A stretch of 51,500 bases of DNA, the filler included, from Basidiobolus ranarum (Eukaryota): NCBI GenBank assembly GCA_040143965.1. It is 3 parts of 3 records of this genome, joined end to end, with 100 filler letters (N's around TTAATTAATTAA, not from the genome) between each part and the next. Parts side by side here need not be neighbours in the genome. Positions count along the whole stretch, not along the records: positions 1 to 17,144 come from JASJQH010007189.1; 2 more parts are not named here. One strand, 5' to 3'. Below the pieces are notes generated by a model, which saw only the letters and a program-made list of their open reading frames with translations, did not search any database and was not told the origin of the DNA. The translations under genes were made by a program, and so were the position numbers. The stretch's first letter is position 1, and the number at the start of each line of letters is the position of its first letter. Of the stretch, positions 1 through 12,745 are shown piece by piece.

Positions 1-747
1 TCACGTCAGCAAGCATTTCCACAGGGAGCACCAAGTGAAGTTGTATCATTTATACAGCATCTCCTCATTTCACTATCTACTCGTGCGAATTTCGCTTTAC
101 CTGATTATGTGCAACAACAGTTTTGTATTGGATTTATGCGGTTGGTATCCTCCGAACAAGTCAGAGTAACAGCTGTCGCTGAACCTACCCCTAGCCAAAT
201 ATACTATGTCAAGTTAGAAGAGCATCAGGCAGAAACTCTAGTAGACCAAAATTTACTTGAAGCTAAGAAACAGCGATTCGACAGGCTTTGTGAGACTATT
301 GCGATGTTTCCCGGATTTCTACTTTCCCATACAGAATTTCTGTTTGCTTTTCTAGCCAATCTATTCTTATCATACTCTGAATTTCCAGATGTAGTAGAAA
401 AGTGCATATTCACCATGATTTTCGGTCTTGGATGCGCCGCACAACACCCTAAAGCCAAGGTTGCAATGAACCGAATGATGGAAATACTAGCCAACACTGA
501 CCCGGTCTGGTTGTCATTGCGAGTTAGATATAAAATGTTTCAACTGTTTGAAGGAATATTGGATCCGGCTCATTACTCAAATGTATTGGCTGATCTCTTA
601 GTATTCAAGAGTCTTCTGAAATCGAAGCATCGAACAGACGGTCCTTGGGAGCCTGGAGTACCAAAGCTCACCAACGAAGTTAACACATTCTTGAGTGGAT
701 TTGAAATGGCTCTACGCGGAAGTATGAGCCGGGTCAATGGATATTGA
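1..747 (+). CDS. 3' part of an unidentified, probably alpha-helical protein (partial; frame open from base 1)
   Basis: Frame 1 is open from nt 1 to TGA at 745-747 (248 codons) with protein-like composition; no family recognised. Confidence 0.7.
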   Translation, partial: SRQQAFPQGAPSEVVSFIQHLLISLSTRANFALPDYVQQQFCIGFMRLVSSEQVRVTAVAEPTPSQIYYVKLEEHQAETLVDQNLLEAKKQRFDRLCETIAMFPGFLLSHTEFLFAFLANLFLSYSEFPDVVEKCIFTMIFGLGCAAQHPKAKVAMNRMMEILANTDPVWLSLRVRYKMFQLFEGILDPAHYSNVLADLLVFKSLLKSKHRTDGPWEPGVPKLTNEVNTFLSGFEMALRGSMSRVNGY

Positions 748-992
748 TGATTTACCAATTCACACAGTCATACTGCACAGAGAGTATATGCTCTCATCAG
801 TGCTCATTCGATCTTGGTATAAATTCCAAGGTTCACATTATACATCGGCTTATATGCTTGTCAATCTTTAGTCATACCAATGTCCCCCAGTGGGAAACCA
901 AATGTCAAAGGAGGGTCACTCCTTTTGTAATCAATAAAGTTAAAGAGTTGTAATAATCAAATATATACGTTTATTACAGAATCCAGTACCCT

Positions 993-2106
993 TTAGTGCC
1001 TATATTCAATAGATCCTCTGAGAAATAAGTACTGATCACCGATCATTCGAACGCCTAGGTATTTGACATGAGGATTGTTGGCCATGTTCATGGGATAATC
1101 AATGGGGAACAGCCTAGGACGAGGGATGCCAATAGTATTGTTCAAGCTGGCGATATGTCCGGCGAAGTTCACTCGAATTTCATCTAGTAGTTTACTGACA
1201 ATCAGCTGAGAGATGACCTGACCACCTGCGCTTACGTCCAAATGCTACCAAAAGACATGTAAATATCTCAGATAAAACCAATACGATGCAAATAGTAATT
1301 CATCCATCCGATTACCTCAATGTTCCAATGGCTTCTTAGATGACTGAATATCCAATTCAGGTCTAAACAATCATCTGATGTTTCCGGGGTTTCGATAATC
1401 AGGATATTTTTCCATAATAGAGTAAGCTCGCTTAATCTAAAGATTCCCAGTCTACTAGTGAATATGATCTTTTGAACATCTTCTCGTTGAAAAATCAAAT
1501 GGTTTTTCGGTAGATCCCCAGAATAGGATAATATAATTTGATATGGTAGTTGGGGTTTACCTAACACAGTTATTCTATACTCTAAATATTCGGGGATTCT
1601 TCGGTTTCAAATATTAACATCGCATGAATAACATTTCCATCCAATGTGAGACTTTCCATACGTTAAAATCCATACCTTGGTACACACATACAATCTTCTT
1701 CCATACGTAAACTTTGTCCAGTTATGAGTGAGGCGTCAGCGAACCTGTATATAGTTTGATCATTAGAACATTCCTTCACATCAACTAAGTTCTAAATTTG
1801 AACCAAATACAGGAATGGGTTCAAAGGTACGAAAGCCTCAACTTACATCCAGCAACCGTTTAGTAATCTGAAATCCGCCTCGTTTCCTACTGTGTTTGTA
1901 TGTTTCAAGCCAATCTCTTCTGGACCAGTAGCTCCTGGCTCATGAAAGCTAATAACGTTATCCAAGGTAGAGCATGAAATTGACCAAGTATAAGGTCTAT
2001 CTTCAGGAACTTTCACCAGTTTCAAGTTCAAAAACTCCACTACCTCCGGTAAAGGAACCAAAGTTTTACTAAATTCGCCCAGTTTTGGGGAGATTTTCAC
2101 TGACAT
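993..2106 (-). CDS. RibD C-terminal / DHFR-fold reductase-like protein (4 exons)
   Basis: Manual splice (2106-1847, 1744-1676, 1598-~1316, ~1244-993) gives RPYTWSISCSTLDNVIS...FADASLITGQSLR...P-QIILS...IEHLDVSAGGQVISQLIVSKLLDEIRV. This follows the RibD_C motif order (RPyv...SLDG; DailvG..T; lveGG..l...l...lvDEl). Confidence 0.7.
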
Positions 2107-2692
2107 TCTAGTATCCAAGAAGGGATTTTACTTTTTGTGTTTTCAAATAAAATTTAGAAAAATTCTTTCATAAGCTCGTACCTATACTCGAACCCTCAAG
2201 CACGTATAAATACCAAAAAAGAAAGTCTATCTTGTTGTGTGAATTTCTTCCAGTTGAGCTCACTTTTCAAATAATAGAAATATGTGGTACAACCTTCAAA
2301 TATAATAAAAATAAACCTATCCATCTAGAATCGTAATTGTATGGCTATAATCAATTTGCGTATCCTGTTTGATCAATCAAAGCGATATACGAATTTACCA
2401 TTTGGGATTAGGATTCGAAGTTAGATTCCTGATTTTATATTGGCAAGTGTACCGTGGGAATCATAGTTTATTTTACTCGTGATTCATTGTTGAGAAGTGC
2501 GAGATCACATTGGTTGAAATCATATAGCTAGGTGAAATATGCAGATGAGTAAGACGGGAAGAGGTGCTTGTATTGGCTGAGCAGGAATATATGTATATAC
2601 TTTATACACGAAATATCCATAAATACAAACGCAAAGAAGTAATGGAAGTTTACTCGATTAATCAGAAAGACCACGTAGAAATCAGTGACATC

Positions 2693-5517
2693 TCACGAAT
2701 CTGACAGTTTGCGCCTTTTGTTGCTGCTCGCACCAGAGGATTCCCCAGTACTTTGCTGTTGTTCGTTGTCCCAACGATATCGCAACGTTTCTGAGGTTGG
2801 TGTGATCTCACTCGAAAGCAAAGCATACTCTAATTCATTTGAAAATCGCGAGGCAGATAAGGCAAGCAAGCTGGTCAAGGATGGTAGATGATGTTTAACA
2901 ACCTAAATGTTAAAAAACAAAAGGGTATCAACGATTTTTATCTCTACAACAAAGATAGTGAAAATCATACCAGGTGAACAATCTCTCGAGTATGTTCGTG
3001 TCCATAAGTGGTGAAGAAGTTGTTTCGGACTTCCTGAACTACATTTCGTACCCAATTAGGAATGAAGTCAGTTGGAGTTGTCGGACTACAATTGTTGGTT
3101 TGACGCTTATGTTTTACGTCAAACAAGAATTGGAGTAACTCTTCCACTTGCTTGGTCAAATAATGTTTCAACCAATTTTGAAGGCTCTCCACAACCACAA
3201 CTTCAATAGGAAGTGCTTTCTTAAGTCCAAGTTGATTTATCAAATAATCACTTATAGAATCAGCCAAATCTATGATATTTGCTCTTTGATTATTGCAGGA
3301 GATAGTAGATTGAAAAAATCCAGACAAACGAGAGTGGATCTGCTTCAACGAGGTAGAGTTTCCTTCAATAATTTCGCGTGCTTCATGCACATAAATAGAG
3401 CGGAAGAAGTGATAGACAAAATCCTGACCATCTCTGATGCAATTTGGTTCCAAACGAAGAATTTCAGCCACGGAGACATTAATTCGACTCTCCGATTCCT
3501 CCAATAATGTTAAGTAGTTGCAAATTGAAGTACCAAAGACTCCCAGGTTATAAGGATGTGTGGTGTCAGAGCTAGAAACTCTGGAATTGGGGATTGATCG
3601 AGTAAACGACCTGTAAGGGTTTGTGGAGATCTCTGTGTTGATCGTATCTCTTGATCGTAAAGACGGGCCAATTCCGGAGCTGGGAATAATACTGACAAAC
3701 GGAATGGTGGGCCTAGCGACAAATGAGTTAGAGTCCTCCGTAGATTCGGATGGTAGAGTTGTAGTTAGAGGCGCGCTTATGGTATTCGTAGAGGCCCCCC
3801 GAAATAATGAAGATAGAACAGAAGCTAACGGATTAGATACTTGTGTATTTGAGCTTTCTAGGTTGAAAGGCTGCTGCTGAGATACCTGCATTCGAGTAAT
3901 ATGGTTAGTTGGCCCTCCCTGGTTGTTTTCACGTAATTGACGAATAGCTCTGGTTGTAGCTAAGGAGATTGGGAAGGTGGATCTTAAGCCTGCCTCAAAT
4001 TGAAAAGGTATATCGGGATACATTGATAACGGCATACCAGGTGGAGAGAAGGATGTATATATAGACTGAGATCTTTGACTTGCTGCGTTGGCTGGGGACA
4101 GATTGGGACTAGCAATGATTCCCGAACTAAGGGCTCTAGTTATATGTGGTGAGGTAGAAGTGGCGCTATTTTCAACACCATCAGCCAATGTAGGAGCAAT
4201 TATAGTACGGTGTAGAATGGTGGTCAGGGTGTTCTCAAGTTGAGTTAATCTATACATCTCACGAGCTACAGTGGAGGTTTCTTCTTGAATTTGGACACGC
4301 TCTTGGAGGTCAAGCACTGTATTTTCATTTATCAATGTACGCGCCAAAGGTCTTACTATTCCAATGAGGTGCTCGAGTGTATTTGAAAGCTCCCATATAA
4401 TTCTACCCGTTCTTATCATATCATTTCCTTCAATTTCTAATTACAAATATTAATATCAGAGAAGCATCGCAATAATACGACAATTTATATGCCAACCATA
4501 TTCTGGAGCAAGGCTCCAGAGATTTTGAATACGCCTCAAGTGTGTTGAAGCGCGATTTAATAAGGTGTTGTTGTTGGGCTAGAAACACAAACTCAGTAGA
4601 GAAAGTAAAGTGTAAGTATACCGCGCGACACATAGATACCATTGAATGACGAACGGGTTGAGAGTTTAAAGGGATCGATCTAGTCTCAGTAGGCATATTA
4701 TTTAATTGCCCATCTTCGTGATGTGATGGGTACTATATGGATGGTAAGAATCGGATAAGATCAGTCAATATATTTATTTCATGATGCTGGATGTCTTACC
4801 ATAGCATTGGGAGTATGGATATAATTAGTTGGCAGCGACCTTCTTTGTATAGATCTTGATCCTCTGAAAAGTGAACTAAAAGTCTATTCAAGTAGTTTGT
4901 AAGGTATTTATAATGATATTTTAATAGTAGTAAGTCGCTTACATCACTAATAGGAGCGCCTTCGGACTCTAAAGAGAATGTACTGACCATAAAACCTGAA
5001 GGAGGCAAAATACTTGTATGTCTAGTGGAGCTCAGACGAGATAGTTCAAGAGTATCTATCGAAAAGCGAGATTAGTAAGTGAATATAAATTTCTAATTAT
5101 CCAGCTTTAATGTCATTTACTATTGTTAGCTCTGATAGCTCCTAGTGGTCTGATTACTAAATGGATGACATTTCCTGTCTGTAAACCTATATAAAAGTTA
5201 TTTCATTTGCACTTGGACCGCTTTTATTCAAGTATTAAACTGTTATTACCACATTCACGCAATGTTTTTTCGTCTTTCATGACTCTACCTCGAAAAATCA
5301 AGCGTTGTCGCTCACGAGTTACCCCTGCGACGTTTTCTAAGCGCTCTTTCAGCTCTAGTACTGTTTCAGAGTGTGCTATGGTACAAGAATATGAATCTGA
5401 GTCAACAGTACGAACAGTGATGTTAAGCTGGTCATCATAATTGCGAGATTCATTAGATTGAGAGGTATGTGTAGACCTCTCTCCCTCTGATATAGTTGAG
5501 TGTTTTGAATGTGACAT
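2693..5517 (-). CDS. Multi-exon ubiquitin-like-domain protein, BAG6/BAT3-like
   Basis: N-terminal UBL (LNITVRTVDS...TVLELKERL...RQRLIFRGRVMKDEKTLREC), a long S/T/P-rich middle (2965-4419 ORF) and a C-terminal KRRK NLS-like motif. Internal exon limits are approximate. Confidence 0.7.
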
Positions 5518-7488
5518 ATTGAGGTTGTCAAACAGTTGGGATACAAGTCAATTGTCTATGATTATCAATGGAACGAAAACCTCACAGTTATTCGGCTATA
5601 TATATGTATTATATCTCAAGATTCCTTTTGCATGATGGGACAGGTTTTTTTTGAATACGTAGATATTGAGACTTTCTTAGTGAGCATTCAGTATATTCGA
5701 GTCAGTGTCGGACAGAGGCTAGGGATGATATCATGTTTTACCTATCTAGACATTTGCACGAACTCGATAATACATCAATATAAATAAAACACAGTAAATA
5801 AATAGCAGTCTTATTTATCTGCATTTAGACAAGGAGGATCCACATATGTAATTCATTTGCAAAGCTGGCAAGCAACAAAATAGATCGAATCTACAGAATA
5901 CTACAATTGCTGGTTTTGACCAGTTATGTACTCTCCACGGAGTACAAGTACTGTTCCGTACACTCGAAGAAGTATACGATTAACAACATCCATTGGGCTG
6001 CAATACGAGGGAGTGAATATATTCTCAAAAGTACCAGTGAAATAGTGTAATTAGGTAGCGGACAAATTTCTCCAGTCGCCTTTAGATGAAGCGAATTATG
6101 TGGAAAACAAGCCGGAATGCTATTATCTGGTTTAACTCGGTGCTATGATCCAGTTTACACCCTATGTAGGACTTAAGTAATCATAGATATATATATATAC
6201 GCATAAGAAGAAGCAGTTTCTATCTCGGATTTTGATTTCACGCACCATTCTCGAAACAATGAGTATTCCTATGCCTACAATTCAACAATTCTGGATATCT
6301 TGTTTCATGAGGTCGTGTTGATTGAGGATCCCACTACAGTTGCAATAGGATCTATACAGATGCTGTACTTCGTAGCTGAGTTTCAAGGTTTCATTTATAC
6401 GAGTGAAGTCACTAGTTACGCTTTCTACAGAAACTGTCATCTAACATTACTGATTTGCTCCATAGCACGGATAAGCCTGTCCCATCCAGTCTCCAGAATG
6501 TTTACAGCAATCCTCGATATATGGGCTGGGTTGTAAGCATATTCCGACGATTTGTATTGAAGTCAAGGAACAAAAGCAAGAGGAAACTGGCCTGTTCCAT
6601 GACCTTGACTCGTGTAGGCGCATGAAAAAGGAAAATTCAGTGAGTATGATATGAAATGGGTTTGCGCTTATTTTTGAGCAAGAAAAGGATATGATGGTTT
6701 CATTTTACATTGAAAATCAGATTATCTATGGTACATCTTTATCCAGAGTGATCTCTTCTGGGTTACATTGGTAGCAACCGGTCTTCTGAGACATATGCTT
6801 ATCTTTATGTTGAAGTTTTAGTTCGTCTCCTGATATTCACTTGCAATCAGATCGTCAGTACATATGTACCCCTTGTCATCCGATTTCCAGGCTCTGCGTA
6901 TACGCCTTCCTACTCAGAATCAACCCTTTGCAATACACCAGAGTTACGTTTTGTTAGCACGCCTTATTTGGTAATATGAAGTTGATTGATGCCATCAATA
7001 CTGATATTGGAATCACTTCGAAGCCACATTCTTGATTTCCTTTCATGTGCATTTGAAGCCTTACTCAGCCAATGCTAATACTTATGACTATACGCTTCAG
7101 GCAAAATATCTTAAATCGTTCGAAACAGTTGTAATACATTTGATGAGCAGATGTTGAGAACAGTAACCCACTTCATCCTCAATCCGGAAGACTGAACGTT
7201 TCGGTTTCCTTGTTAGCATCTCAAACTCATATTAAGAAAACAAAAACTAGGTGATAAACCGGATTTACCCCAGAATATAGGCTACACAATGCGTATCTTT
7301 AACAATCTATACTAATTGCTTAAATCTTTTGCAAGTTCATTTGCTCTAGCCTGGTAAAAATAACCGCCAAAGTATTTAACTGGTTGTGTCATCTTCCTAT
7401 TCTTGAAATTTATATTAGAAGCGTCTAATCAGCAAAACTTGCATACATATCTCTATTTTACGATCCTCTCTGCGCTCGTTTACGTACT

Positions 7489-8395
7489 ATGGATGTATAC
7501 GCCTTGACTAGGAAGAAACGTCCCACCAACCCTACTATGGCTACTGTCCTTTCTACTCTTCAAAATACAGTTCAATCTCAACTGCTGCCGCCAAGTCAGA
7601 TACCATACACTCGCATCATTGTGAGTAATCCAGCCTTCCATAGTCAGTTAGGTAGAGCAGTTCATGCTTCCTCTCCCCAGGAAGCTAAGGTTGTCGTTAC
7701 TGGCCCTCCCACTAGGGCCCATTGGAAGGTAAGTATCACCTAAAGTGTATTCTCTTCAATCTTTATTAATGGTCCACTCTAAACAGCCTGATAGCAATGC
7801 AGTCTTTTGCAACTCTTGTGAGTTGCAGTTTAATTTTTTTGACCGTAGGCATCATTGCCGCAAGTAATGTTTTTCAAAATCTTCACTAAAACTAATTCGG
7901 ATCAATATTTACCTTGGAATTTGACGTAGATGTGGAGATATATTTTGTGCGAATTGTTCCTCAAAACTCATTCGGTTGGACCAGAATGCGGAATTTAATA
8001 CAAGTGGTAGGCTATGTCGGGCTTGTGACTGTTGTTTTGAAGCCAGTTTGAATAACTTTAAACCACGTCCTCCTCGCCGTAAGATAAGCAACATTCGGAA
8101 AGAATTGAGCCTTCCAACTAGTGAGTGTTAATGTACTCCGAAAAAGAACACTTATAGAATTGATATTTACTATTTCAAATTTGCGCCCACCAGAATCTCA
8201 AGCGCACTCGTCACCTTCTATGCTTACACCAACTAATGTCAACAGAATAGAAATCAACAGCCGTCCCAAACGTAAGTAGTCCTTAGTTTATTTGATAATT
8301 TGAATATATTTCTAACACCAGATGCATTAGCGATTGACTCGTTCATTCAGCCAATACCTTCTGTATCCCGTGATTGGTCTTGGTCTACGTTTTAA
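7489..8395 (+). CDS. FYVE zinc-finger protein (5 exons)
   Basis: Spliced translation HWK|PDSNAVFCNSC...FDRRHHCRK|CGDIFCANCS...CRACDCC contains the WxxD, RRHHCR and 8-Cys FYVE signature; the protein ends DWSWSTF*. Confidence 0.9.
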
Positions 8396-9181
8396 GTAGT
8401 TGTATTACTCCTACCTCACACATCCGATCAAGGCTGCCAAAGCCACTACCTTTCATTTTAATATCTGGCTTAGTGTAGCTTTCGTAAAGGATATTTTTTG
8501 ATCTATCTCTTGTTCGCAAGCGACTAAGCTGTTGCTTTGTAAGATTTGATGGCTCTATTATAGCTACATGTCTCGCGGCTTCTATTTGAACTTGCTTTCA
8601 CTCATGTTTAGACTCAATATTCAAATTTCCAAAGCCCCCCTAAACCATGCCAAATATTATATAGAGAATTAGTGTGCTGAAGATGCACGATAGGAGTCGC
8701 GAAAATTAGATTGCAGAATAGTTCGAAGTGATTCTCCAACAGATCCACAGATTGATTGACTGGAAACATGTAGCTCAACTGTATATAGTGTGAATAAACC
8801 GGCTATTAAGTGGAGTATTGCCTATCAACAACTCTGCTAATTACATTTAACTGCAATGCACCAAGGCCCATAATTAACCACCTCCTTACACTGCGATTTA
8901 TTATCAGATATGCGACTCGCATCTTCCATTTCATATAATATCTACTGAAGGACTGCCAAGTGTCATGATAAGATCGTTTCTCTAATCCAGCTCACACCTC
9001 TTCACACATGGAAAACAATGGCTGGCCAGATGGTGTTTGGGTTGTTACAAAGGTGCATGGATCCAAACCTTGGAATAAATAAATATCTCACTTCGCGTTG
9101 AACTTGACGATAGGATTCCCTAATTCCACCCTTTTGCTTATACCAACTCCTTGTCTTGTTAACGAAACGTGGGAAAATCAA

Positions 9182-9445
9182 ATGAAATTTCAAACAATTA
9201 CTCTGTCAATTGCCCTTTTTGGCTTCGTCAAAGGAGGTTTCCTGAGAAATATTGGCCCCAACGAAGATACTGGGCCAGAGGAAGAAATCTCTCGAATCTC
9301 CAATGAATTTCGTTCTAGAGGACAAATGGAAGATCTTCCCGAGATACCTCCTAGAATGCAGGACCATCCTTGCGACAGAGCTAATGGAATACTGCAAAGT
9401 ATAGCCTCAATCATTGGAGACTCTTCCAATGAATGCCAAGATTAG
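9182..9445 (+). CDS. Small putative secreted protein (87 aa)
   Basis: ATG at 9182 in an A-rich context; MKFQTITLSIALFGFVKG resembles a signal peptide; acidic mature part with 2 Cys; AATAAA downstream. Confidence 0.6.
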   Translation: MKFQTITLSIALFGFVKGGFLRNIGPNEDTGPEEEISRISNEFRSRGQMEDLPEIPPRMQDHPCDRANGILQSIASIIGDSSNECQD

Positions 9446-9672
9446 ATTATTATTTTTACCATTACGATTTCTAGTATTTTTATTGAATATCTTCGTTAAC
9501 CTTACACTACTTTTGATTGAATAAACAATCTTCACTCTGATACTCAATTGGATGTTCAAGAGATTCCTATTTTTTTTCCATCAAATCTTATCGATGAATA
9601 ATCATCCACCAGGTTGGAAAGGAACCAAGGAAGAAAAGAGATGGTGCCACTGTTTATACTCTTTTGTGAATA

Positions 9673-11025
9673 ATGAGTATACCAGAACTCGCATGCTTAG
9701 TACCGAAAGGTCTGGAGGCTATTGCTGTAAGCGAAGTAAAGGAAAAAATACCAAACATAGAGGTGACTTATTCCGAGTTGAGTGGCTTCATTCATATAAA
9801 ATCTACTGATGCTGAGAAATTAGAAGAACTGGTTACAAAAGTTTCCGAGGAGGTGCTCAGTGTCGAGAGAATCAACTTTTTGACCGGCACGAGCGACTTG
9901 ACTAAAGAATTCTTTTTTGACACCACCTTAGAAAAAATGGAAATTGAAAAGATTCTTTTCAACATAACACATGATCCTAAAGATTGGAGTTGGAACGAGG
10001 CTTTTTATTTTTGGAAAGGGTTAAAGCGTACAGGCTCAAAGGAAGAGAATGTAAAGTTTAGAGTTACTTTCGACAAAAACGGTTACAAATATAAAAACCT
10101 TTCGTCATGTGAGTTAGCCGGAGCTCTTGGTACTTCCCTTTTAGATTTGTTTCCAAACTGGAGTGTAGATCTATGTAACTATGACTTGGAGGTAGTAGCG
10201 AACTTCCTTCCTTCTCGACTTCCCGATTCTCCATGTCGACTCCATATAGCATTTGCCTTACCTAAATCTGAGAGCCTCGATTACGGCCCTTTGAACTTGC
10301 GAAATCGCACACAGTTCGGTCGTACTTCACTAAGACCTACAATCGCCTATTGTATGACTCGCTTAGCCAATATTTCTCCTGGCCAATTAGTTATTGATAC
10401 TTGTTGTGGAGTTGGAACCATCCCAATTGAAGGTGCGCTATCCAATTCACAGGCCCTATTCTTAGGCGGAGATGTAGACGAGGATGCTATCTACACCCGT
10501 GGTGCAGCCAATATTTTGCACACTAAAGATCGTAATCGAGTGGATCTCTGTTTGTGGAGTGCCAAGAAGTTGCCATTCAGAGATGGAATCGTCGATGCTG
10601 TGGTGAGCGGTAAGATTGTCTTGAAAGATTTTCCATTTTTCAAATTTCATTAACCATCCCCCTTAAATATACACTTTCAGACCTACCTTGGGGTAGAAGA
10701 GAAGGTAAGATATCTTCGTCATCACACATTTTTTCACCTACTAACTTACCTCTACTTAGGTTCTTTTCAAAGTAATTGCAAACTCTATCCAAAGTTGATG
10801 AAGGAGATAGCACGAGTTCTTAAACCAAACACAGGAAGAGCCATTTTGATTACCGGTGAACGTAATCTTTTCAAGCGAGTCTTAGGTATGCCTTGGTGTG
10901 GCCCGTTGCTTGAAGTGGAAACACAATTTGAAGTTACTATCGGATACCAAGTTCTTCTTTACGTTCTGAAGAGAACGTCTACATTACCACCGACTCCAAA
11001 TCTTATTGAAGATAATTCTAAATAG
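9673..11025 (+). CDS. THUMP-domain SAM-dependent RNA guanine-N2 methyltransferase (THUMPD2/THUMPD3-like, 3 exons)
   Basis: Motifs GLEAIA, FRVT, WSVDLCNYDLEV, TSLRPTIAYCM, DTCCGVGTIPIE and spliced SDLPWG (24-nt exon 10681-10704). Confidence 0.9.
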
Positions 11026-11339
11026 CATCAAGTACTATATACCTCCATTTAGTTTTCAACATCTACTTGATCGTAATAAACAGCACACTTTACTTCCATT
11101 ATGATGCATTCTGCCATAACATCAAAGGATTCTCGATTTTATTGTTTCATCGGTCCTCAGGACTATCATTACATAGTAAAATCGTAGCTAGATCTATTCG
11201 AAATCACCGATAACCCTCATCTTAAATATCCGTTGAATCAAGGTCAAAAAGAGAAGCAATGTCAACTTGGCAGATACGAAATAAAGTTTATTCAGAGTTA
11301 TAGTCAATATCACGATACGAGCTAGTTGTGTGAAGTCAC

Positions 11340-11968
11340 TTAATTCTCCTTTAAAACGAAGGGTTAGCTCCAACATTAAATATATCAACACATGCTTTGA
11401 ATTACTTACGGGAATTTCAACTTCTCCTTCATCAATAGAATCTGAAAGATCCTTAGGGCTTTGGCCATCGACAGTACAACCAACAGAGAAGCAAGTACCA
11501 AGGATCTCCTTAACGGTACCCTTCAATTCACGAGCCAAAGACTTGAAGCGCATAGTTCTAGCAATCTCGATAACATCATCTAAAGTGATGTTACCGGAGT
11601 GCTTAATGTTCTTTTCCTTCTTACGATCACGAATGGGCTCTTTAAGAGCTCTGATAACTAAAGAGGAGGCAGAGGGAACGACAGAGACGGCAGCCTGACG
11701 GTTCTGAATGGTTAATTGAATAGTAATGCGTAGACCCTTCCAATCTTGGGTGGCTTTGGCAATATCTTCACCAACTTTCTTGGGTGAAAGACCGAGGGGA
11801 CCAATTTTGGGAGCGAGGGCAGATGAAGCACCTACTTCACCACCAGTGGCTCTAAGGTAGACTAGTTTATTAAATAGACACGGTAAGTGACAGCTCTATG
11901 CTTCTTCATATTTGCATTGAAGTAAACTTACTAATCTTAACTTCGTTGGGATCGCTCTTAGGGGGCAT
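11340..11968 (-). CDS. RPL12: 60S ribosomal protein L12 (uL11), 3 exons
   Basis: [12 protein letters not shown]...[27 protein letters not shown]...[19 protein letters not shown]...EIP|EN*. Confidence 0.98.
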
Positions 11969-12745
11969 GATTATATACTACGGGATGGATGACCAAGGAA
12001 AAACTACGCGATATCTATCACCAAAATTTGGTAACGTGAAAAGGAAGGTAGCTTTAGATTTTAAAGGGATTATCTTAAAAAAAAGATTGATCAAAATCGA
12101 TCACTGATCGTAACCCGGGTCCGATTTTACAGACATTACAGTAGAGAACTATTATGCACGGTTGAACCTTTTGGGTATCAGGGATCTCCACGTTGTTATG
12201 ACTGAAACATTGAGAGTCATACTGCTCAATAAATACATGCACACACAGTAATAGACACAACTCTAGTCGCAAAGAACATGTGGAGTACTCGACTCATAAA
12301 TCTGTTGGTTTTGGTCTATATAGAAGTTGGTCTCTCGCTCTTATTCAGATGGACCCAGTTTGATATCATCACGAACATTAGAGGATCATGTTTAGAATGA
12401 GTGCTGTCCGTTGCACAACATATACCTAAACAAAGGGATAGTAGCTCGTTGTATTTTATACAAATATCATCTACGTAATTGTCAAGACGCATATATATGG
12501 AGATATTCAATTCACCCTTTTACAAGTTTGAAGATGCACTAGAGTTGAGAAAGATTGTGTGTAAAACAGTGGTTTTTAGCTTTATAAGAAATACGGTCTA
12601 CAAAACACGGATTTTGGAAATCAATGGACAAAGAACAAATTATGCGTAATGAGATTAAGTCCGAGTAGGATGTCTATTAAAGAATTACGTCTTGCTAACA
12701 AAACGAACTCTTTCTACACATTTCCTTATTTATCAAGCGTCATGC

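Noticed and set aside
8485-8494. Second ATATCCTTT (minus strand)
   Set aside because: No U12 branch site or acceptor seen downstream.
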